DNA from: Gammaproteobacteria bacterium
GTDB taxonomy: Bacteria; Pseudomonadota; Gammaproteobacteria; Arenicellales; Poriferihabitantaceae
Assembly: GCA_026709505.1 (NCBI GenBank)
Contig: JAPOSW010000120.1
Span: forward strand, 1,680 to 65,679
Reading direction: 5' to 3'
DNA: 64,000 nucleotides
Shown here: piece after piece, positions 32,387-40,823 of the stretch
Position numbering within the stretch: the first letter of the stretch is position 1
Layout: every line of letters begins with the position of its first letter
Position numbers and translations under genes: made by a program
The notes under the pieces: model-generated
The model's input: the letters and a program-made list of their open reading frames with translations, nothing else
The model's database searches: none
Told to the model about the DNA's origin: nothing

Positions 32387-33576
32387 CGCGGATTAGCCCC
32401 ATCAAAGAAGCCTTGCCTCCATAGATAGCCAAGCTGATCTCCCTCTTCGACATAAACAGCAATCTGTGAATGGTCATTGGCTCGCTGTATTTGCGAGAAA
32501 CCCTGATCCTTGACTAGCCAGCATACTTCTTCCAGATCAAGGGCATTCAGGAAATCAGGAGAGTGCGTTGTAACGAATACTTGCCCTCCTCGACTTGAGT
32601 ATTCGCGGAACTCTTCAGCGAGCTCCAGCATCAATTCCGGGTACAGCTGATTCTCCGGTTCCTCGATACAAAGCAGTGGATGCGGGTTCGGATCATGCAA
32701 TAGCACCAGATAGGCGAATATCTTGATCGTTCCGTCAGATACATAACGGTCAAGAAATGGCGTCTTGAAAGAACCGTCCTGGAAACGCATGGTCAGATAC
32801 CCATCTTCCATTAACCTAGGTTCAATAGACGATAAGCCGGGAATACGACGGCTCATGGTTTCAAGAATCTTGTCGAAAACCACTTTATGCTCCTGGTATA
32901 GATAACGCGCTACGAGTGGCAGGTTCTCCCCGGATTCGGACAAGTGCTCCGTTTCACCTGCGGCATCCTTTCGTCCCCTCGCAGCACTGATGTGAAAATC
33001 GGAAACATGCCAGTTTTCGATCAGGTTCAGCAAGGCATTGGCCGCCTTGAAGCGTTCAAATTGTCCTAGTCCCTTGATTGCCAGAGTATGAGGGGCTACA
33101 TTCTGCTGTTCTTGATCAAGTTCTTCGTCAGGCTTGTCGAAATCTTCCTCGTTGGCGATTGCGTACCCCTGGCCATTAGAAAAATCCAGAAAATGAAAGG
33201 GGCGACCATAGCGACCCCGCTTGTAGCGCAATATTTCCCTTCGAACCACTGGAGAGCCCTTTCGCTCATCAATCTCCAGCAAGTAGGTGACGAGTCGTTC
33301 TGACTTAGCGACGACCATTCGACACTGTATTTCAATACCTATCGAGTCCTGCTCTGGATTGCAGCCCCGGCTCAATACTTCAGGAAAACGCCCTCGCTTG
33401 TCCAGTGCACGACGGATATTCCCTTTCAGGCAGTCATGCAAAAACCCGAACGCATCAAGCAATGTTGACTTCCCTGTGCCGTTTGCACCAACGATGACCA
33501 GAAAGGGTGGAATATCTTCCAATCGTACATCGCGAAATGCCTTGAAGTTCTTCAGGTGAATTGTTTCGACTCTCAT
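32383..33576 (-). CDS. ABC/SMC-like ATPase (AAA_15/AAA_21-type, OLD/PARIS AriA/AbiLi-like N-terminal module)
   Basis: MRVETIHLKNFKAFRDV...VIVGANGTGKSTLLDA (Walker A), YVSDGT (signature-like), HPLLCIEEPENQLYP (Walker B/D-loop), VFVTTHSPDF (H-loop). The start at 33576 is preferred over the track start at 33666. Confidence 0.75.
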   Translation of the reverse strand: MRVETIHLKNFKAFRDVRLEDIPPFLVIVGANGTGKSTLLDAFGFLHDCLKGNIRRALDKRGRFPEVLSRGCNPEQDSIGIEIQCRMVVAKSERLVTYLLEIDERKGSPVVRREILRYKRGRYGRPFHFLDFSNGQGYAIANEEDFDKPDEELDQEQQNVAPHTLAIKGLGQFERFKAANALLNLIENWHVSDFHISAARGRKDAAGETEHLSESGENLPLVARYLYQEHKVVFDKILETMSRRIPGLSSIEPRLMEDGYLTMRFQDGSFKTPFLDRYVSDGTIKIFAYLVLLHDPNPHPLLCIEEPENQLYPELMLELAEEFREYSSRGGQVFVTTHSPDFLNALDLEEVCWLVKDQGFSQIQRANDHSQIAVYVEEGDQLGYLWRQGFFDGANPR

Positions 33577-33692
33577 AGATCGGTTATGCGTGATTATTCG
33601 TTTAGCATACTGATTTATAGTAGAAGTTCGGGACGGAATTTTAGACGGCCTATCAATAAGAAGCAAAATCCAGTCTTTGCGAATTTGTGAAT

Positions 33693-35786
33693 TTATTCCG
33701 ATGGGAGCTCCGATTCCGCTGAATGACTTAACTGATAGACTTTTCGATACTGATCTGGATCGGTCCAGGCCTTATCACTATCCGGCAAACGGGCATAAAT
33801 CGTCTGATCTTCGTTGAAGGTATCTATATCTAGATTGGGGTAATTTACCTCCTTCTTTACTACAAATGAGTTCTTTCCAAGCACAGAGTGGATTTTATTC
33901 CAGTCATTGAAAAAATATTCCTGAAGCAATGGGAAAATTTTGTTCTGGAAAGTTTCAGCCAAATTATCGATTGTTTTTATGTTCATAAGGTATGTATGGC
34001 CTATCTGATGCTCACGGTCAAGCAGTACAGTGATGCGTTCATTAATTGTCTTCAAAAGTTCGGACAAGTTTATTCCTTCAATTTCGGGGAGGTTCTTATA
34101 AACAGGCATCATTTCTGCGAAGGTAAATCGCCGTCTCAACGCTGTATCAAGCAACAAGATTGAGCGATCTGCAGTATTCATGGTGCCAAGAAGATAGAGA
34201 TTGCGGGGTACCCCAAACTCTTCGCCTGAATAAGGAAGGGTGACTGTTGTCTCATCTTCCCTGCCCAACCGCCTTGAATCCTCGATCAGCGTAATCAGTT
34301 CGCCGAAGATTTTAGCAATGTTGCCACGATTGATTTCATCAATAATCAAGACATAACGCTTACTCGGGTTATCTTTTGCTGTTTTGGCGATATTCTTGAA
34401 AATTCCGGGCTTTATTTCATAAGTCAGTTGCCCTTTAGTGGTGGTTTTTGGCTTTATACCTTCAATGAAATCTTCATAGGCGTAATTCTGGTGAAACGTG
34501 ATCATGGCAATCTGGCCATTTCCACCTTCCGGGTTGTAGCATGATTCTTTGAAAGTTTGGTTATCTGCATCATTCTCGCCTTGATGCTTACCGATAATTT
34601 TCAGACTTAGTCCTTTTGTTTTGTATGTTTTGCCAGTTCCCGGAGGGCCAAAGAGAATCTGGTTGAGTGGAAGTTGTTTCTCATTTGAATCCCTAGTTTC
34701 TTCCTCATGATTGTCATTAATGAGTTCAGATTTGTACCTAATAATCAAAAACGTATTTTTATATCTTGGTGATTCTTTAAACCAACCAATTATTTTCTCC
34801 TTGGCATTACTAAAGGCGGCAGATACCTGTTTTGCACCATCAGTTTCAAGATTACCCTTCTCTTTATTTATCCATACAACATGGATTCTTGCGTCTTCTT
34901 TCCAACCATTCTTGTAGTCATTCTCTAGAACAATGCCAATACCTCGCCCTTGCATCCCACGACGGACAAGAACAACATTACCTGGCTTTGGATCCTTCAC
35001 AGGATATTGTTTTTTTCCATTTATTGAAGTAGGTCCTCCAGTTCGAACCCAATTGTTTTCGTTGAACTCATCCCAATAATCTTCACCGTTACCGTACACA
35101 TCTGTGCCTATTTGAAAAAACTGGGGATTAGATGATAGGAGATCTTTTTGAAGATATGCGAAAAGGTTGATTTCCTTATAGTCGCAACTCGGAAACATAT
35201 CTCTGGCCTGACCGATATGCAGTTTGTACTTGTCCAGATTGCCGAGTTCTCTATTTGGACTGAACGATATAATATTTTTCAACCATTCATCAAAAGGACA
35301 GAATATGCTCGGGTTTATCAGGAACAAGGCCTGTGTTAGTTTGGCGAGGCCAACATTTTTAATCTTAAGTACTTCATCGAATTCGTCTGAATCAATTTTA
35401 TCGATACTGACTACAGCGCTCCGAAACAGTCTCCAAAGCAATTCCGGATTGCCTTCGCCATTTCCATGAAACAAGAGATTCCGAGGTATTGGAGTCGGAA
35501 ACGTAAACGCATGTTCCGATTCGAGAGATGGGATTTCGGCCAACTCGAACACCTCGGTGACGCTAGAATAGACACGATCTCTAGAATTGTCTGTGTTATA
35601 GCTTGCTATGGTATAGACAAACGAGAAAGGATCGATATTGTTGTCGCCATAATTTAACAGGCCCTGCGTGCCCTCTTCCTTCCAGTTGATATTTTTCGCC
35701 TTTTCAATCAGATATTTATTATCTTTTTCTGCAATTTTTTGGGCGAGTTGACTGAACCATGGAACCCAGTCATAGATTTCTTTCAT
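33693..35786 (-). CDS. mcrB: McrB-like GTPase/AAA+ subunit with a ~370-aa non-canonical N-terminal region
   Basis: LFGPPGTGKTY (aa ~379), VLIIDEINRGNIAKIFGEL, LLGTMNTADRS, RRRF: the McrB-type AAA+ GTPase motif set. The N-terminal 370 aa lack any motif I can name. Confidence 0.8.
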   Translation of the reverse strand: MKEIYDWVPWFSQLAQKIAEKDNKYLIEKAKNINWKEEGTQGLLNYGDNNIDPFSFVYTIASYNTDNSRDRVYSSVTEVFELAEIPSLESEHAFTFPTPIPRNLLFHGNGEGNPELLWRLFRSAVVSIDKIDSDEFDEVLKIKNVGLAKLTQALFLINPSIFCPFDEWLKNIISFSPNRELGNLDKYKLHIGQARDMFPSCDYKEINLFAYLQKDLLSSNPQFFQIGTDVYGNGEDYWDEFNENNWVRTGGPTSINGKKQYPVKDPKPGNVVLVRRGMQGRGIGIVLENDYKNGWKEDARIHVVWINKEKGNLETDGAKQVSAAFSNAKEKIIGWFKESPRYKNTFLIIRYKSELINDNHEEETRDSNEKQLPLNQILFGPPGTGKTYKTKGLSLKIIGKHQGENDADNQTFKESCYNPEGGNGQIAMITFHQNYAYEDFIEGIKPKTTTKGQLTYEIKPGIFKNIAKTAKDNPSKRYVLIIDEINRGNIAKIFGELITLIEDSRRLGREDETTVTLPYSGEEFGVPRNLYLLGTMNTADRSILLLDTALRRRFTFAEMMPVYKNLPEIEGINLSELLKTINERITVLLDREHQIGHTYLMNIKTIDNLAETFQNKIFPLLQEYFFNDWNKIHSVLGKNSFVVKKEVNYPNLDIDTFNEDQTIYARLPDSDKAWTDPDQYRKVYQLSHSAESELPSE

Positions 35787-35795
35787 AGATACTTC

Positions 35796-36182
35796 TCAGT
35801 TAATAGTCCCATAATGATATTTCAAGACATTCAACAAGTTGAGAGATTCAGCGATTCTGGCAAGCCGTTTGTCAGCTGTCCATATCAAAACATCTTTTTC
35901 TATTTTTGCTGATGCGACAAGATGAGCATCAATGTAGCCGATCCCCTTTTCCGCCATTATTATGTCGGGAGAGAAAAATCATAACTTCTTCATGACTTGC
36001 CACAACAACGCAGGGAAGCCTATTCCAAAGTTTTATCAAATGGTTTCGATTGTGCAAATTGCCGCACGCCAGTTCACCTATCACCATGGGGGGTATACAA
36101 ATATTTTCCCGAAACAGGGCTTAAAATACTCATCTCCGTATCGCAGATGATCGACCCAGGCTGATGTGTCAACCAAAATCAT
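35796..36182 (-). pseudogene. vapC: VapC (PIN-domain) toxin remnant with at least two frameshifts
   Basis: The ATG at 36182 overlaps the vapB stop (ATGA). MILVDTSAWVDHL... hits a stop after 33 codons at the C6 run (plus-strand G6 at ~36087-36092). It continues as MVIGELACGNLHNRNHLIKLWNRLPCVVVASHEEV in a second frame and IMAEKGIGYIDAHLVASAKIEKDVLIWTADKRLARIAE in a third. Confidence 0.75.
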
Positions 36183-36397
36183 TCGTTATCAGGATCAGGG
36201 TCAAATCTGCGTCTATGAATTGGGGTAAGTTGAGGCTCGCTTCCCCCTAACGCAGCAAGGCGACGGGCAGACTCTCGTTGAATCAGTGCTGTCAGAGCCT
36301 CCCTCATCAAAGCAGATTTTCCGTTTATACCGGTTAACTCAACCGCATCTTCAAATAACTTGCTGTCTATAGTAAGCGTGGTTCGCATGTCGATCAA
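36179..36397 (-). CDS. vapB: VapB-type antitoxin (RHH/phd-like), intact
   Basis: MRTTLTIDSKLFEDAVELTGINGKSALMREALTALIQRESARRL is typical of VapB family antitoxins. It lies directly upstream of the PIN remnant. Confidence 0.7.
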   Translation of the reverse strand: MIDMRTTLTIDSKLFEDAVELTGINGKSALMREALTALIQRESARRLAALGGSEPQLTPIHRRRFDPDPDNE

Positions 36398-36635
36398 AAT
36401 ACCGCATTAAATTAAGCATCATTATGCATCAAATTCAGCATATATGCGGTTACTGACACAATGAAGGCTATCCCAAGTTATTCTATTGACGAGTCTTTGT
36501 GATCGTCGATATGTATAGAAATTACCTGAGCCGGGCAGGCAATTATCAGTCTGATACGCTATTCAACAAGCCCGCACCTTCATCCTCCAAACCTATCTGT
36601 TCCACCCCCATCCCGACTTTTTCATGTGTTTGCGG

Positions 36636-37787
36636 TCAAGATAGACCCGCTGTTTGTTCTTTTATGAAACCCATCAGGCTCGGGATACCCGGCTCATAGC
36701 CAAGCTGTTCTCCTTCGGCTCTCATAACTCTCCAGATATAGCCGAGGTGCTCCAGTTTTTTTACGCTTTCCTTTTTCCCAGCCAGTTTGTTTACCTCCAG
36801 TATGGGAATTGGCCTATTTTCATTGTAAATAAACGCTCTGGCGATTTCTGCTGCAGGATGTAGCAATTCCTGATCATCAAGTTCAGAGAACCGTTTCGCA
36901 TACATCTGATGTATGCGCATATTGACTTTTGATTCTGCATCAAACACCGTTTCCATGCTAATGATGTGTTGTTCTTTATGAACCAGTTCTTCCATCAGAC
37001 ATTTCCCCCAAAGCTGAATAAAGAACGGGTAGCAGTGCGTCTTGATGGCCACTCTCTCCGCCACATTCTCAGCAAACTGTATGTCAAAAGACTCTAGCGG
37101 CTTGATTAAAGCCTCAACTGATTCTTGCAACGAAAGCCGCCCCAGCGGAAATATTTCGCAACGTTCCCAGAATGTAGCTTCTGCCTGACTCAAAGTACTC
37201 ATCAAGCCCGGTGTACCGGACAGTACAAGAAAGAAAGGAAGATTCTTCCACCGAACTGTCTGACTAGCATTCAGCAGGTCTTCTGCTGTTTTCTCATCCA
37301 GTCTTTGCGCTTCATCCACTATTAATACTACAGGATTGGCGGTACAACGCTCTTGTATGGCAGTCTTTATACCGTCCGAACGCTGAATTTTTAGGTTTGC
37401 CGTAGCCTCCGCAATAAATGCTTTAACTTTGCCCGTAATTTCCTGTACTACTGGAGCCGCCTCTCGGCCTTCCGACCTGATCCAGTGATCAAGCTTTTCC
37501 GGCGTTCTTATTTCTGAGGGCGTAACCCACAATATCTCTATGCTCTCTCCATATTCTTTGCTTGAATTATCTGCAAGGTTATGCAAAAGGGAAGTCTTGC
37601 CATTGCCCCGCGGCCCGTAGACAATCATATTCTGATATCCCTGATGCTTTTTCATTAGAGTATAGACTGCCAGTTGAAAAAACTGCTTCTCACTTTCGCG
37701 GCCAGCAAGAAACGGAGGGGCATCGCCGCCATCACCCGGGGTAAACAGCGTGAGCAACTCGCTTTTTTTATCAAGAATGCTATTCAT
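36636..37787 (-). CDS. Orphan ORC/Cdc6-like AAA+ ATPase (AAA_16/AAA_22-type) with a C-terminal wHTH-like tail
   Basis: FLAGRESEKQ...VYGPRGNGKTSLL (Walker A), VVLIVDEAQRLD (Walker B), C-terminal ...LEHLGYIWRV...GYEPGIPSLMGFI. No adjacent partner gene. Confidence 0.6.
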   Translation of the reverse strand: MNSILDKKSELLTLFTPGDGGDAPPFLAGRESEKQFFQLAVYTLMKKHQGYQNMIVYGPRGNGKTSLLHNLADNSSKEYGESIEILWVTPSEIRTPEKLDHWIRSEGREAAPVVQEITGKVKAFIAEATANLKIQRSDGIKTAIQERCTANPVVLIVDEAQRLDEKTAEDLLNASQTVRWKNLPFFLVLSGTPGLMSTLSQAEATFWERCEIFPLGRLSLQESVEALIKPLESFDIQFAENVAERVAIKTHCYPFFIQLWGKCLMEELVHKEQHIISMETVFDAESKVNMRIHQMYAKRFSELDDQELLHPAAEIARAFIYNENRPIPILEVNKLAGKKESVKKLEHLGYIWRVMRAEGEQLGYEPGIPSLMGFIKEQTAGLS

Positions 37788-38198
37788 CTAAATACTGACA
37801 TAAAATCAGTGAATCCTAGTATACCTCAACATTGCCGAGGCATTATCGTGCTGCAGTCTCTCCACCAACCCAAATCAATGCCAATCTTTGTTGTCTAGTG
37901 CGAAGTCAGCGTTTTGCTACTGACATGGTCATTGCATGGCCCTTCGCCCTGATTTAGTCAATGTCCTCGCAGGACTTGAGGATATCCCTTAGCCCAGCTT
38001 TCGCGATTCTGCCTAAGGGGTGAGAGGCTGACGGTTCCTGTCTATGGTTTATCGAGGACAACTTCATGGACGATATCGTCAACGACATTAATTTTAGCCA
38101 TCCCAGCGAAGTGTTGGGCAACTGCAAATCCAGGATCCAGCATCAGCAGAAATGCTTCTGGTTTCTGGCCCATCATAGTTTCCCATATGAGTAATCAA

Positions 38199-40007
38199 TT
38201 ATTGAGGCGAGTAACGAAGCGTGATCAGAAAATTACGCCCGTCCTGATTGTATCCTTGAATCGTCTCGTAATCCTCATCAAACAAATTGTTGATCTTTAA
38301 CTCCAGATTCCAGTGCTGTTTGAACAGCCGGGTCAGACGCGTATCAACACGGCCGAACCCGTCAACCCGGTTTTTATTTGCGGCATCATCGTAACTCTTG
38401 CCCTGATAGTGTAGCGAAATGCCTGCCTCCCAAGGATCAAAATTCTGGGAAACATCTAAAAACGCAAGTTGTTTTGCTCGTCTGCGCAACTGTTTATTGC
38501 GATTGATGCCACTGTTGTTCAATGGCTCTTGAAGTGTAAGACTACCGTTAACATCCATGTTTCTATAAGACGCTTTAAAACCTACTTCAAGACCAGTAAT
38601 CAATGCCTTGTCAATGTTTGAAGGAGGCCATCCGGCAATCATGTTTTCGATTTCGGTTCTATAGACATTGGCGGACACTTCAGCATTCGCTTTTCGAAGC
38701 GCTATTCCGATATCGACACTGCTTGACTCCTCAGGGCTTAGATCGGGATCGCCCGCATCTGGCCAGTACAACTGGTTAAATGTCGGGGCTTGGAAGGCCG
38801 TGCCATATGAGCCAGTTAGTCTCCAAACTTCATGTATGTCTCTCCCGAATGCTAAAGAACCGGTTGTTTTTTCGCCATACTGTTCATTATCGTCCAAACG
38901 AACCGATGCCTCAACATCTACAGCGTTGAAGTTCGAGCGAATTAATGCAAAGTAACCGACGTTGTCTCTTTGATTGGCATCATACTTTGTCGTGCTTTCG
39001 ACTTCATCTTCAATGAAGTCGATACCTGAGACTACTCGATGTTTTGTCCAGTCCAGTACATTCTGCCAGGAAACCTGTTGTTTTCGGGTGTTGTATCGAT
39101 TGCTGAAACTTCCATTCACAAATACATCACGTTTGTCAGCAGATTCTGACAAGGTCAAGCTACCATGAATTGAATCATTAACAGTCCAATCACCTCTAAC
39201 ATGGAAAGTACGCAAAAGAGCCTTTGACTCATAATCTGACGTACTGGAAAATCCATCGTATTCAGTTTCATTGTCCGAAAGTGTCAAGCCAGAAGACAAG
39301 TCGACGTGATCAGAGATGTTCACTCCTCCTTTCAAATTCAATGACTGATTTTGATAACCATCCATATCGGGATTGTTGTTTTTTCGAAAATTGAATCCCC
39401 TCGTTTCTTCAGTGACGGCATGAAGACTATACCGGACATCGTCATGACTCCCTGAAACACCAGCTTCCACATCGTATGTATCGTGACTTCCCGAAGAAAT
39501 TGCCAACAGAGGACGCAGTGCTTCCCCTCCCTGACGGGTGAAGATCTGTATAACGCCGCCAATAGCCTCAGAGCCATATAGACTAGATCGGGGACCACGT
39601 ACAACCTCGATTTTCTCCACTATGGAAAGAGGAATATGTTCAAGCGATGTCGCTCCCGAAGTAGCCGACCCGATTTTGATTCCATCAACCAAGACCAAGA
39701 CATTTGTACTGGAAGTACCCCTCAAAAATATGCTGGAAGTAGATCCGCGTCCGCCATTGCTTATGACAACCAATCCCGGTACTCTGGAGAGGATATCATC
39801 AACACTTTTTCCTCCGCTTCGATCAATCTCTTCGCGGCCAATCACGGTGACCGGAGCCATTGTTTCATCGACTGTTTCTGCGGCTCTGGAAGAAGTTACG
39901 ACTATGGTTAGAGGATCCTCATCCTGTTCATCGCCGTAAGCGGAATAGGGTATTGCAACAATACCTGCACTCAAGGCCAAAATGGCCCAAAAAGGGGAGT
40001 ATTTCAT
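38199..40007 (-). CDS. btuB: TonB-dependent outer-membrane cobalamin receptor
   Basis: Signal peptide MKYSPFWAILALSAGIVAIPYSAYG (start chosen at 40007). TonB box region DPLTIVVTSSR. Plug domain, beta-barrel, and C-terminal ...NFLITLRYSPQ with an aromatic-rich end. A cobalamin riboswitch lies immediately upstream. Confidence 0.85.
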   Translation of the reverse strand: MKYSPFWAILALSAGIVAIPYSAYGDEQDEDPLTIVVTSSRAAETVDETMAPVTVIGREEIDRSGGKSVDDILSRVPGLVVISNGGRGSTSSIFLRGTSSTNVLVLVDGIKIGSATSGATSLEHIPLSIVEKIEVVRGPRSSLYGSEAIGGVIQIFTRQGGEALRPLLAISSGSHDTYDVEAGVSGSHDDVRYSLHAVTEETRGFNFRKNNNPDMDGYQNQSLNLKGGVNISDHVDLSSGLTLSDNETEYDGFSSTSDYESKALLRTFHVRGDWTVNDSIHGSLTLSESADKRDVFVNGSFSNRYNTRKQQVSWQNVLDWTKHRVVSGIDFIEDEVESTTKYDANQRDNVGYFALIRSNFNAVDVEASVRLDDNEQYGEKTTGSLAFGRDIHEVWRLTGSYGTAFQAPTFNQLYWPDAGDPDLSPEESSSVDIGIALRKANAEVSANVYRTEIENMIAGWPPSNIDKALITGLEVGFKASYRNMDVNGSLTLQEPLNNSGINRNKQLRRRAKQLAFLDVSQNFDPWEAGISLHYQGKSYDDAANKNRVDGFGRVDTRLTRLFKQHWNLELKINNLFDEDYETIQGYNQDGRNFLITLRYSPQ

Positions 40008-40069
40008 CTGTAATTTTCTGGGAAATGCACCACCCGTGCATGTATCAAGTCCATCCTGCATGGCAGGAT

Positions 40070-40290
40070 CCCTGATCAGGCCGGTCTCCGGACTCATGAG
40101 TTGAAATCGATTTTTCCGATTTCCTTGCCTGCAGCCTTCCCGTATCAGACAGCTACAGTGACCAGAATAAAATCCTGATGCAGACAATCAATCATTTACC
40201 GTTGCGGGGGCAGTATCGGGTTTGCCATGAGCGACCTATTCAATCGCCAGACGCACCGATTTCCCGTTTCATCCCGGTTCATTCAACCGG
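40070..40290 (-). promoter_or_regulatory. Cobalamin (B12) riboswitch in the btuB leader
   Basis: The minus strand contains aaACGGGAAatcGGTGcG, ACTGCCCCCGCAACGGTAA, GGTCACTG, GGGAAGGC and the B12-box AGTCCGGAGACCGGCC (plus 40079..40094). These parallel the E. coli btuB leader elements as I remember them. A 7-bp hairpin ATCCTGC/GCAGGAT (40052..40069) lies between the B12 box and the start codon. Confidence 0.8.
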
Positions 40291-40412
40291 GAATACCCGA
40301 ACAGCTCAATTATAAGGTGAGAATTGAAATATTTTCAATCAAAAATTTTCGCAACTGCCCTGCCGGGCATGAGAAACATGAATGCGAGATCAAGTTTCGG
40401 AATAACTCAGAA

Positions 40413-40811
40413 TTAGACCCAGTTTTCCAGAAGCAGTCCCTTCACTCGTTGAAACTCTTTCAAGTTATTGGCAACAAGCGTCAATCCCTCGCTTCTGGCA
40501 TGAGCGGCGATGTGCAAATCATTAACTCCGATTACCTGTCCCCTGAATTCAAGGTCTGCACGAATTTCCCCATAGTGAGTTGCCTCTTTCATGCCATACT
40601 CCAGAATTGCCAGCCGTGAAACAAAATCATTCAGCTGCTTACGATTGTGATCGACCTTTAAACTCTTCTCGACACCATGAGCCAGTTCGGCCAAGGTGAC
40701 TGAGCTGATGCACAACTCGCCGGCAAAGCGATTGAAAGTTTCCAGGGTTCCGGCCGGACGATTCTTGATCACATAGATAGAAATGCTGGTATCAAGCAGA
40801 TACTTAAGCAT
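40413..40811 (-). CDS. vapC: VapC (PIN-domain) toxin, apparently intact
   Basis: MLKYLLDTSISIYVIKN...SVTLAELAHG...NDLHIAAHA...LVANNLKEF: the four acidic PIN positions appear present. Confidence 0.8.
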   Translation of the reverse strand: MLKYLLDTSISIYVIKNRPAGTLETFNRFAGELCISSVTLAELAHGVEKSLKVDHNRKQLNDFVSRLAILEYGMKEATHYGEIRADLEFRGQVIGVNDLHIAAHARSEGLTLVANNLKEFQRVKGLLLENWV

Positions 40812-40823
40812 CAGCGACTCCAG

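Noticed and set aside
40227-40619. 130-aa plus-strand ORF spanning the btuB leader and vapC
   Set aside because: It lies antisense to a well-supported cobalamin riboswitch and to an intact PIN gene, and has no motifs.
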